DNA from: Gnetum montanum
Lineage: Eukaryota > Plantae > Gnetophyta
NCBI GenBank assembly: GCA_015680685.1
Contig: MNCI01000751.1
Coordinates: 731,314-795,313, forward strand
DNA: 64,000 bases
Direction of reading: 5' to 3'
The notes beneath the pieces were generated by a model that saw only the letters and a program-made list of their open reading frames with translations, was not told the origin of the DNA and made no database searches. The position numbers were made by a program, and so were the translations under genes. Position 1 is the first letter of the stretch. The number at the start of each line of letters is the position of its first letter. Below are positions 1 through 11,230 of the stretch, piece after piece.

Positions 1-73
1 CTAGCATCCACACCAGAAGTAAGCACTCAAGAGGCTAGGAGCAATGGTAATGAAGGTGCTCAAGAATCCTCAC

Positions 74-1703
74 TGTGACATCCAAAAATGTTGGCAGCTA
101 AAACATCGAGAGGTTATCGAGCATACAACCTAACCCCAATTTCGTGCGAGGGCCATGCTGGAGAAAATGAAAATAGGGTACTCTAAATGATCTGGTCAAT
201 CAGACAGGGACTTACAAGGTGTCAAATAACCTTTTTTAAGTAGTAACTTTGAAACGTAACACGTGATGGTTAAAATGAAAGAAAACGTGGGATGTGCAAT
301 AGTAGAAAAGTATCAAAGCACATAACTGGGATAGTAGACACAATCAAACACTTGATAATGCAAAGTAAATGTTGTAATAAGACAAAAAGAGAGTTTGAGT
401 AAGAAGATGCACTGCTCCAAAAGATGGGGTGTAGCTAATTCACAAAGGTATATATAATGTACAATAGGCGCAGTGGGAGTGCAGTCACAACCTCATTGGT
501 GTTGGGCTATGAAGTTTGTTGCTCTCTGTGTTGGACTGTGCCTACTGGGCCGATATCCATGATGCACTGTGCAATGCTATGTAGTCTCTACAATGGGGCT
601 TGTAGTGTACCGTGTGATGTAGCTGTGCCTCCCTACTAGTGTGGTGTGTTTTGGATCTTGTTCACCTAGGGAGCGAGGTGCTAAGATGCCAAAGTGCCAA
701 ATGCCAACTACCTTCCTTTCTCTTCTTCTCTCCCCCCTTAAAACATTAGGGTGTAGGGATATTTAAGTGGCTAGGTTTAGCCCAAAATGTGGAGCAAGTG
801 CCACGTAGCAGTGTAGGAGACGTCCCATGTTGTCTGCTATGCTTGTCCTATTTTATGCGTAGGACATGGGACGTTGGCTATTATGCTAGACAGTGTGCTA
901 CGCTGCATGGGACACTAGCAAAAGGGTACAACAAGCAAAGAAAACTACTGATCTTAGCTGTCAAGGAGATGCTAGAGCAGAAATGCCAGTTGACAAGGAG
1001 TTCTAGAAGCTCTAGAGGTGTGTTGGTGCTTCTTAGTGAGTATTATGTTGTTTACACTACCCAGTGCAGCATAGCATAATATAGCAGTTAGACTAGGATG
1101 CAACTTACAACGTTTTGTCAAAAAATTTTGATTAGGACCTAAGGGTGAAGTGGGATAGGCAACCTTGGAGGTTGAAGGATGGTCAGATGCATTTTTTATG
1201 TCAAAATGGCTTGGAGGGGACTCTTGGTACCTTGCTACACTATGCTACACTGTGCAGCATAGCACAACATAGCATCCAAAATGGACTAAATTTGTGCCAT
1301 TTGCCAGATTTTCTTCATGCCATGCTAATCGTACTCTAAGGATGAGACAGGGTAGGCATCCTTGAAGACCAAGTCATTGCTAGTTGCATCTTTTAAGAAA
1401 TTTTTTGGCCCCACTAAGACTACTACACTATGTAGCGTAGTGTAGTGTAGCAAGTCCCATGGTTGGAAAACTCACTGAGCTATATGACCTTGTAGCTGGG
1501 TGGTACGTTGGCTGTGCTATAGAGGGTTGCAGGTAGGTAGGCCTAGAAGTGGCTTTGTAGATGTTAGGACTTCCAGGGTGCCACACTATCTATACGGCTC
1601 AGCATGACACCACACTTGGAAAGTGTAGGCGAAGTGCCATCATTTTGACACTTAGCCAAATTTGTGGTCGAGATGCAAAGACCCAGAATTTTGTGATGTT
1701 TTA
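74..1703 (-). repeat. E1 3' LTR
   Basis: Starts TGTGAC and ends ...GTTTTA (CA>TA). Colinear with 7591-9432 except for a ~230-bp block missing near 1065. Confidence 0.92.
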
Positions 1704-1720
1704 ATGGCCCCTCTTTGTTG
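1704..1720 (-). promoter_or_regulatory. E1 polypurine tract
   Basis: Minus strand CAACAAAGAGGGGCCAT abuts the LTR; the same motif sits at E2 12930-12946. Confidence 0.85.
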
Positions 1721-2843
1721 ACATCTACAGGAATGGCCTAAGAGATGTCGACACAGAATTAAAAAACACCATAGTAGTTATGCCACCAACATGACTCATC
1801 GGTACAAGATCGGATGTTGTTTCATCTTATTCAAAAGTGCTATGGGAATAGGGTTGTAGGCAATGTTAGGAAGATGAGATAATGCAACTAGTGGATCATG
1901 ATGTGGGATGCAAATTCAACATGGTCGACAGTGACCATGGCATGAAGTGATTTTCCCCTGAAATTTTGACCTGTCTTTAGAGTGCTTATGAGAGCGTTGA
2001 AGTCGATCCAAGGCTGGGCTAATTGCAAAGTTGCAGCATTTTCAATTTTCTTGGGGATGTGTTTTTCCCCATTCTCCTTCTTTTTTGTTTGGCAAACCTT
2101 CTTTAGGTTTGGCTTACTACTGAATGTTAGTTGCAAGTTGACCATCAAGAAAATGGACTTTATTTTGATGCATTTACATTGCATCTTTAGGATAGGTGTT
2201 TCCTCCCTAGGATGATTTTTGTTACATCCATTCAGGGTCTTGGCTAGTCCACAAAGGCTCTGCATGGGATGAGTTACATTACTTCCATCATGAGTTTAGC
2301 AATTGATGTGAAGCGAATGCCATGTGTGTCACAATGTGTATGCATCAGGGGGATTTGTAATTATGAGTATGTAGGGGACAAGAGGATTTTGGGATGAAGG
2401 ATTGGATGTGCATAGGACATAACAAGGGTGAGAGGGATGTGCACTCTTGAGTGACTTAATTAGGTTAACATGCACATCAGAGTAATGTGGTAACTTGCTA
2501 CTATAATGAGATGCATCTCTGCATGACCACCTTTGAGGCTTCATCCTACAAACACAACTCATAGAAGACAAGGAAACCACACAACATGAAATGAAAATGC
2601 AAATGCATGATGTGAAGCTACCGTAGGTGCTAGATGCGAAGATGCTGCAAATGTGTCAAATGCTATGCTAGTTGCAAGTGATCAGGAAGCTAGTGAAAGT
2701 GCTAGGGTGATGATGTTGTCAGTCCTCTAAAGTCTATACTAATGGCAAGTGCTTCAAAAGATTAGGATAATGGTGGAAGGCAATGATGCTGTGAGTGCCA
2801 CCAAGGCTGCATTAATAGCAAGTACTCCAAAAGATCAACGAGA

Positions 2844-3066
2844 TGCTAGTTTAAAGTCCTGGCAGACTGTGGACATAGTTTAAAGTCTTGGTAAACCATG
2901 ATGTGCTAGTTTATAATCCTAGCAAACTGTTGGATTTTGTGCTAGTTTAACATCCTGAACGAAGGACAAAATGTTGTGCCAATTTAACATCATGAACCAA
3001 GGGTGAGCTATGTCAGTTTGTAGTCATAGTAGACTATCTGTGCCAGTTTATAGTCATAGTGAACTA
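2844..3066. repeat. Array of ~7 copies of the family motif GC(C/T)AGTTTA..TC(A/C)T..CAGAC, spacing ~30-36 bp
   Basis: Units read directly at about 2844, 2875, 2905, 2941, 2977, 3012 and 3042. Confidence 0.8.
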
Positions 3067-3615
3067 GTGCTTACCTTGCTTATGTAAGATGCAATGTTGC
3101 ATATGTGGTCATGATGTGTGCCTGCAAGATCCTATAAAAATGAACTAGAAAGAAAAAAACATCAAGTAATACTTGTCATAACTAAAGTTAAAATGGATGA
3201 ATGAAAGGAAAGCAATGTAAAAAGTGGTAGTTTTAGGCCATTTCAGGTCGTAGGCTAGTTTAAGGCCTTTTTGGGCCATGAGCTAGTTTAAGGCTTTTTT
3301 GGGCCATATGTTTTTGTAGTTTTTTTTAAAAAAATGCAATGCATAAGCTAAGTAGATGAATGTGTAAACAAATTGGAAATGCATAAACAAATCAAAATGT
3401 GTGATCTAAGTAAGCAGGAAAAATGTAAACGTGTAGGCTAGTGCGATGTAAATGAATGTCAAAAATGCATGGCAATTGGAGGCAAAGGGTAGGTAGGCAT
3501 CCATTGCATTTTTGGCCAAGCAAAGGTCTTGGTCATGTAGTTTCTTCCTAATCAAGTGTGGATTAGGAAGCATGCAAGGCTTAGGATCCTTTGGGAGGCT
3601 ATTGGCTTCAACCAC

Positions 3616-6600
3616 TCATTCGGGTGTGTTAGCCTTAGGTGCTGCATTGGTTGCTATAGGTGCATCACCAAGAAACTCTTCTTCTGAAACTTGCACCATG
3701 TCTATGTCATGGATAGTTGAAGAGGAAGTGTTATCACCATGGATGATAACTTGGCCACCTTTGTATGGAAGGTGGATTTCTTGATGGATGGGAGAGGAGA
3801 TGGCCCTCAGTTGGGCTAGCCAAGGCCTACCTAAAATCATGTTGAAACCTAGCATCTCCTCTATGATACTAAAATATGCACTAGTGGGGAATTTCTCTCC
3901 TACCACAAATGCTAGGTTAATTATACCCCTAACTATGAGACATGATCTATTGAAGGATTTTAGACACATGGTTTTGGTTGGCCTGATTTCATCCACTAGG
4001 CCTAGCTATTGGATGATGAAGTACAGGACTATGTTTGTTGTTGCACTATCATCGACATCTAATCTACAGATGGTACACTATCCAACATGAATGCTAATGG
4101 ATAGTGGAGCTGTAGTAATGTTCCCTTGTTTAGGGTTGACTTTGACTGCATTGTTGTAGAACACTAGGATGTTAAGCTCAATTCTTGTGGTGTAGGGGGC
4201 AACATTGTTACACGGATGGATTCCCCATCTGTAGGGATGTCCTTCATAATAGGAATGAATCTCAAGATTCAGGCCAATTTTTGGTAGTTAGTAGGTAAGG
4301 ACATGACTAGGTCATATAAGCTCAACATTGTGTTCTTTTACTTGAGCATTTGTTTTACCTAGGTTAGTGTAGCTACGAAGTCCTGGTCATTGGTTGTTGT
4401 GTTTTCCTTGACTTCTTTCATGTGGCTTAAGAGATAGATCTCTTAGGGAGGGGACTTGGGCTTAGTTTGCTTAGCCTACTTGGGGGTAGGGGCCTTAATG
4501 TTTGGTTGTTGCTTTTTGATTATAGCCTTTGCTTCAACCATGGGGGTCACGAGGCACTCATTTGTCCTTTTGCATTGCCATTTGGTAGGCTTACTTGGGT
4601 TGCTAGTGGGGCGGAACCTTGGGGGAGGAGAGATTGAGACATTGCCCACTATTGGGCTTTGGGTAGGTGAAGGGCCATCACATTATGGCACCCTTATGAC
4701 AAATTATGATTTAGGAGTTATTGTAGGAGTTATTGTGTGACCAACTTGTTGTGGCACCTTGATGACAAAAGGTTGTTTAGCAGTTGTTGTTGCTGTATCA
4801 TGCCAGTTTAACATCTTAGCAGATGATCATTGGTTTGGAACCTTGACCACAAAGGGTGTTGTGGGTGCCCAAGGTGGCACTTTGATAAAAAAGGGGGTCC
4901 TCTTAGTTGTGGAGGCTAAAGGGACCCTTGCCTTATTAGGAGGCACACAGATGATAAAAGGTTGTTGCACAGGTTTGGTTTTGCCACCTATGCTAATGAA
5001 GTTTATGACATAGGAGGAATCCTCTATGTTGGATTGGCTCATTGTGCCGAACACTAGTTGGCCCCGTTCTATCATTCTTTGCAGGTCATCCTACAAAGCA
5101 TGATAGTCATCTGTACTATGACCAGACAATTGGTGGTAATGACAGTATTGGTCTAGCTTGAAATGTTGTGGGACTGGGGGCTAATTTGGTACTGCTAAGG
5201 TAGGGTTCCTCAATAGTTTGCAGTACCTATCATTTTTTTGATGAGCAATCTCTGACATGTGTTTGTGTTGTATTTTCTTGGCTTTCAAGAGTTGCTTCAG
5301 TATTTCAAAGAGTTCCATTGGTAGTGGTGTATACTTTAAGTAGTCCTTGCACTAAAAGTTGGACCTTGGGGTGTCCCCTGCCAATGTAGGGAAGTTGGCA
5401 CTAGAGTTGGTGGTAGTTTTATTAGTTAGGGCCTTGGGATATTTAGCTATCAGGCCTTGGTTGGTTGCTTTTGTGCTTGTGGCCACTATTTCCACTATTG
5501 TGTTTTTATTGTGAGCCTGCTAGTTTCTGTAGGCCATGTAAGCTGGGTCATTGCTAGCTTGTGCTACTTCCTCTATGCCTTTTGTTTTGGCAAAGGCTTG
5601 GCTAAGAGACTTTGGGGCTAGACAATACAGTTTGGACTTAATGAAGTCATTTATTGCACCTTTGAAGATGGCCAGTAGATGTGTCTCTGCTAAGGGTTCA
5701 TGTATTTCACTCAATGCAGCATTCCAACGTTAGAGGAATTTTCGCATAGGCTCTAGAGGCCCCTACTTAACTTGCATTAGCTAGTTGAAGGTTACCTCAA
5801 GCTTTAGGTTGTACCTAAAGTGTGTCACAAACTGGCTTATGAGATCCTCCAAAGAGGAGATTGAGGACTTGGGTAGCATGTGATACTAGTCTAAGGCCTT
5901 GCCAGTGAGTGACATGGGGAAGACATGCATGATGATATGTGGCCAGGCTTGAAGTAGCAAGTACTCAGATCGAAATCTGACCAAGTGTGCATTGGGATTC
6001 CCTTCACCATTGTACTTGATGAATTAAGGTAGTTGGACCATAGTTGGGAGAGTTAGAGGTGGTACCATGGGACTTATGGGATCATCTTGATAGAAATCCA
6101 CCACCTTGATGGTGTTAGAGGAGGTAGCCTTGAGTTGATTGATCTTCTTCATCAAGCTTTGGATCAGCTAGAATGCCTAATCTAGGCATGGGGATGTGCC
6201 AACCAGTTACATTGGCTTGGCTTCTGTTGGTTGCATAGCATAGGATAGAATTGTTGCTTGTGGATTTTTCTAGTTTAACATCATAATGGATGGTTGTTGC
6301 TAGTTTAACATCATAGTGGAGGGGCGTTGCCAGTTTAATGTCGTAGCGGATTATTGTTGCCAGTGTAACATCATAGCAAACAATTATTGCTAGTTTAACG
6401 TCATAGCATATGGTTGTTGCTAGTTTAACATCATAGTGAATGGATGTTGCTAGTTTAACGTCATAGCAGATGGTTGTTGATGTGTTGGCTGAGTGATGGG
6501 TGCAGTGATCGAAGTAGGCCACACATGAGTGGCTTGGACAGACACCGTAGATGCCAATGAGATAGGTAGGATGTAGGATGTCTAAGTTGTCTAGGGTTGG

Positions 6601-7109
6601 GAGGTGGCCCCTCCATGAGCATAGTGTTGGACAAATGCATTAGTTGCTTGCTAGGAAGGCTGACTTGGCATGGGAACCATTTTAGAGAGGACAGGTGAAC
6701 TAATTCGAGGAGGGGCTGTACTAGGAAGTGGTCATTGAAAGATGGTGTAGAGAGGGCTCTCGTGCTCAAAGTGGACCTCGAACTCATCTTCTTCCTTCTG
6801 TGAGGCTTCCTCGTAGGTTGTCCTTGCATCATGCTTATTTGCACAGATGAGTTGGGACAATAACTAGTGGTAGGACTCTATGAGTTGGATTATGTCAAAG
6901 AAGGAGGGGTTGTACTCCCATCCATTTCGGTGGACTCGTTCATAATCTTGTTTTGCCTCCAAATCAAGGTAATCCACTAGTAGTCCTACTTGGATTTTGG
7001 CACAAACAAAATTGTACTGTTCGTGGCTTAGTGCGGCACGCTTTGGCTAGATTGTAGTGTCAAGTGCATTAGACACCAACGTGGAAGGATGATCTGGATT
7101 CATATTCAT
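3616..7109 (-). pseudogene. gag: E1 gag-protease, multiple stops and frameshifts
   Basis: Capsid-like YNGEGNPNAHLVRF...VFPMSLTGKALD (5880-6020). Zn-knuckle-like YCHYHQLSGH (~5120-5150). Aspartic protease VDSATTNI and FNMILGRPWL (3820-4060). Confidence 0.88.
6270..6479. repeat. Exact 30-bp-period tandem array (7 units) of the family motif inside gag N-terminus
   Basis: Units TAGTTTAACATCATAG..GA.GGTTGTTGC start at 6271, 6301, 6331, 6361, 6391, 6421 and 6451. Confidence 0.93.
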
Positions 7110-7568
7110 AGATTGCTATTTGCAGAAAATGGAAAACTCTGGAAACTACAAAGAAATGACCAAGTCTTCCAGTAGCAAATAATTGTGAGAAAATGGCTAT
7201 GTGTTAAATGCAAAAAAAATGTTGAATATGAAAACTGTGAAAAGTGGCAAACTCTAGTGCTACTACGCTATGCTAGAGCTTGCTACACTGCAGCTTTCAT
7301 GCTATGCTACACTAAGAGAAACTGCTACACTAATAAGGCTACTACACTAAACAGGATGCTGGTATCATGACACAGTAGATGGGTAGTGTAACACAGTAGA
7401 TAGTTTTGGGCCTTTGTCCTATAGGGTTCTAGAGGAACCATCATGGCAACCAATCTATACCACCCAGTGCATAGACAACCATAGGGATGTCACATCTATA
7501 CTAGCAGGCTATTGCTGATGGGTGACAGATAGCATGCAAGATTAACCATGACACATGAAAGAAACAAG

Positions 7569-7585
7569 CCCTCCTTCTAGCACCA
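7569..7585 (-). promoter_or_regulatory. E1 primer-binding site, tRNA-Asn type
   Basis: Minus strand TGGTGCTAGAAGGAGGG, 5 nt from the LTR. One mismatch to the complement of the plant cytosolic tRNA-Asn(GUU) 3' end ...CCCUCCUUCUAGCGCCA (tRNA sequence recalled, not searched). Confidence 0.8.
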
Positions 7586-7590
7586 AAAAC

Positions 7591-9432
7591 TGTGATGTCC
7601 AAAAACATTAGTGGCTAGAAAACTGAGAGGTTATTGGGTATACAGCCTAACCCAGAATCCATGCAAGGGCCATGTTGGAGAGATTGTAAATAAGGTTCCC
7701 TATATGGTCTGGTCGATTAGACAGGGACATACAAGGTGTCAAATAACCTTTTGTGAGAAGTAACTTTGAAATGTAACATGCAATGGTTGAAATAAAGGAA
7801 AACATGGGATGTGCAATAGTAGAAATGTATCAAAGTGCATAACCAAGATAGTAGACATGATTAAGCACTTGATAATGCAAAGTAAAGGTTGTAATAGGAT
7901 AAAAATAGAGTTTGAGTAAGAAGATGCACTGCCCCAAAAGAGGGGGCATAGCTAATTCACAAAGGTATACACAATGTGTAATAGGTGCAGTGGATGCATA
8001 ATCATAGCCTTGGTGGTGTCAGGCTGTGAAGTCTGGTGCTCTTTATGTTGCACTATGCCTACCGAGCTGGTAGCCACAGTGCACTATGCAATGTTGTGTA
8101 GGTCTACAATGGGGCCTATAGTGTACTATGTGATGTAGTTGTGCCTCCCTGCTAGTGTGATGTGCTTTGGGTCTCATTCACCCAAGGAGCTAGGTGCTAA
8201 GATGCCAAAGTACCAAATTCCAACTACCTTCCTTTTTCTTCTTCTCTCCCCTTGAAACATTAGGGTGCAAGGATATTTATAAGGCTCGGTTTAGCCCAAA
8301 ATGCAAAGTAGCTGCCACATGGCAATGTAGAAGACATCAAATGCTATCCTATGTTACATGTAGGACACAAGAAGCTAGCTACTACACTAGAAAGTGTGCT
8401 ATGCTGCATGGAATAGTAGCAAAAGGGTGCAACAAGCAAAGAAAACTATTGATCTCGATTGTCAAGGAGATGCTGAGGGAGATGCTACAGTAGCAATGCC
8501 AGTTGACAAGGAGTTCTGGATGCTCTAGAGGTGTGCTGGTGCTTCTTGGCGAGTGTTACATTTTTTATGCTACCCAACATAGTGTGAACACCTACCTACT
8601 ATGTTGTGCTACGCTATATAGCATAGTACAGTGTAGCACCCCTTCAGTAAAAAAAAGCACACATGATTTTGAGACCCAGCAATACATGCAATTTCATCAG
8701 TTGAAAAACCTACTTTCCATGCCTAAGACTTCCCGGTCCTATCTTTGAAACACCTTTTAACCTTGCTGCCTCTGCTATGCTATGGTACACTGTGCTACAT
8801 TGTGCAGCGTAGCACAATGTAGTAGTTAGTCTAAGATGTAACTTGCAATGTTTTGTCAAGAAATTTTGATTGGGAAATAAGGGTGAAGTGGGATAGGAAA
8901 AACTAGAGGTTGAAGGATGATCATATGCATTTTTTATGTTAAAATGACTCAGAGGGGACTCTTGGCATCTTGCTACACTATGCTATGCTGTGCAGGGTAG
9001 CACAACGTAGCATCCAAAATGGACTGACTTTTGTGCCATTTTCCATATTTTCTTCATGTCACATTGATTGTTCTCCAAGGATAAGATAGGGTAGGCATCC
9101 TTGAAGACCAATTCATTGCCAGTTCCATCTTTTAAGAAATTTTTTGACCCCACTTGGCCTACTACGCTATGCAGCGTAGTAGGTCCCATTGTTGGAAAAC
9201 TCATTGAACTATATGGCCTTGTACCTGGGTGGTACGCTGGCTATGCTACAGAGGGTTGTAGGCAAGTAGGCTTGGAAGTGGCTTTGTAGGTGTTAGGACT
9301 TCTAGGGTGCCATGCTATCTATATGGCTTAGCATGACACCACACATGAAAAGTGTAGGCGAAGTGCTACTATTTTGACACTTAGCCAAATTTGCGGTCAA
9401 GATTCCAAGACCTGAAATTTTGTGGTATTTCA
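7591..9432 (-). repeat. E1 5' LTR
   Basis: TG...CA termini; homologous to 74-1703; minus-strand TATA-like TATAAATA near 8274-8281. Confidence 0.92.
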
Positions 9433-9897
9433 CTCACCATAGGTAGGAGCTAGGAAATTTAGCTGCATGGTGGGAAGCTTAGTTGATAAATTTTCTTCTA
9501 GACTCAGATAGTAGTGAGGGTTGGAGGGCAGCAACATTGTGGTTGGGCCACAATAGTGTTGGGACTCTAGCAGGAGCTGCTGACAAAGGGAACTATAATC
9601 AAGATGATTGGTGATGGTTATGGTAGCTCCAGAAGGTCAGTAAGATCTCAAGAGACATGTCCAAAAGATCAACAAGATGCTAGGGATGATGACACTAAAA
9701 ATTTCCTAGAGGGTGTTTCCTTGACGTCATGAATTTCATTCTTGAATTGCGATGCCTCATCTTATCTTGCCCAAGAGCCATGGGCAGGCAACAAAAGATG
9801 GAAAATATTCTCACTCACTTGTTCACTAGGTCACATGTGTTGAACCAAAGAGGTTTCCTTGTGAACCCAATTTTAGGTCTTGGTAGATCATCAAATG

Positions 9898-10262
9898 TGC
9901 TAACTTTAGGTCCCAGCAGACTGTGGTCCCCGTTTAAGGTCCAGGTAGACCCTGTTGTGCTAGTTTAAGGTTCCAGCAAACTGTGATATGCTAGTTTAAG
10001 GTCCCAGTAGACCACTATGCTAGTTTAACATCATAGCAGATGGGGGATGAATAGTTTAAAGTCATAGGAAACCATTTTGTGGGTTCTAGCTTTATTTCAT
10101 GGCGCAAAGACATGTTGTACCAATTTTATGTCGTGGCAAATGATCTGTGCTAGTTTTATATCATAGTGGATGATCTATGCTAGTTTTACATCATAGTGGA
10201 TGATCTATGCCAATTTTACAACATAGCAGATGATCTGTGCCAATTTTACATCATAGGAGATG
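9898..10262. repeat. Family-motif array (~11 units, ~29-31 bp) downstream of E3 integrase stop
   Basis: Repeated GCTAGTTTAAGGTCCCAGCAGAC / GCTAGTTTTACATCATAGTGGATGATCT units. Confidence 0.85.
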
Positions 10263-10302
10263 ATCTATTTACCTTGCTTTATATCCGGTGTGACACTGCA
10301 TG

Positions 10303-11230
10303 TTAGGCGTAGTAGGGTTTCACGTATAGATGATTGATAGGATTTGGGAACTTGTTGCCATCTAAGTTAGATAGCTTGAATGCTCCATTCTCATATGCCT
10401 CTATGACCAAAAGATGCCCTTCCCAGTTGGCTGAGAATTTGTTCATGGGCTCGCGAATGGCCTTGAGGACTAGATTCCCCTTTTTGATTGAATGTTGGTG
10501 TAGATTGTAATGATGTTTCTACTATTGCTTGTCTTGATACCACTTGATATAGTTAAGCATTTGGATGTGCTCCTCCTCTATAGAGTCAAGATCAGCGATT
10601 CTTGACTTCTTATTTTGAGCCTCATCCATAAAGTTTGAGAGGATCATTTGGAGCGATGGGACCTACAATTCAAGAGGTAACACCACTTCAAATTCATATA
10701 CAAGACTATATGGGATCTTACCTATAGTTATTCTGCATGTTCTACAATAAGCCCACAGCACATAGAGGAGTTGCTCATGCCATTGTTGCTTGTTACTACT
10801 AAGCATCTTTTTCAAGATGTTGATAATGGCTTTATTAGTGCATTTTTCTTGGCCATTTTCTTGGGGATAATATGGTGATGAGAAAGAATGTTTAATGCTA
10901 AAGTTTTTGCAAAAGGCTTTAGTTTTCATGCTAGTGAATTGGGGCCCATTGTCTATAACAATAGTCATAGAAAGGCCAAATCGTATCACTATATTATCCA
11001 AAATGAATTTGCAAATCTGTTAGGATGTGGTCTTTCTAAGGGGAATAGCCTCTACCCACTTTGTGAGTTACTCAATTACAATAATAATGAAGCTATGTCC
11101 TACGAAAGACTTGGGTGTTATGGGCCCTATGATGTCTAGTCCCGAATGTGGAAAAGGCCACATGATTCTTGTGGTATGCAACTTAGTAGGAGATACATGT
11201 ATCAAGTTCCCATGGCATTAACATACATCA
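10303..11230 (-). pseudogene. pol: E3 integrase core and C-terminus
   Basis: WPFPHSGLDIIGPI, IVIDNGPQF, SSPYYPQENGQ, LWAY, ANWEG and ...NHLYVKPYYA* with stop at 10303-10305. Confidence 0.92.

Larger units (their letters stand above)
74..9432 (-). mobile_element. E1: full-length non-autonomous Tat/Ogre-type Ty3/gypsy LTR retrotransposon (gag-protease only)
   Basis: Two homologous LTRs (74-1703, 7591-9432). Perfect 5-bp TSD CTCAC at 69-73 and 9433-9437. PBS at 7569-7585, PPT at 1704-1720. Gag, Zn-knuckle and protease remnants present; no RT/RH/INT recognisable. Confidence 0.93.

Noticed and set aside
457-1339. Short ORFs in LTRs (also 8194-9289, 11202-12866, 19674-21376, 32236-33200)
   Set aside because: Not conserved as ORFs between paired LTR copies; no recognisable domains.
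2844-3066. Hammerhead ribozyme or box C/D snoRNA cluster in motif arrays
   Set aside because: No CUGAUGA/GAAA core or paired C/D boxes could be identified on either strand by eye.
6115-6522. ORF with YDVKLA repeats as a real repeat protein
   Set aside because: Probably an alternative frame of the 30-bp DNA repeat within decayed gag.
7569-7585. tRNA gene fragments (also 54751-54768)
   Set aside because: Only 17-18 nt matching tRNA 3' ends next to LTRs, so these are PBSs, not tRNA genes.
9898-10262. Repeat-spacer-like arrays as CRISPR
   Set aside because: The variable parts are only ~10-15 nt and related to each other; no cas genes; eukaryotic retroelement context.
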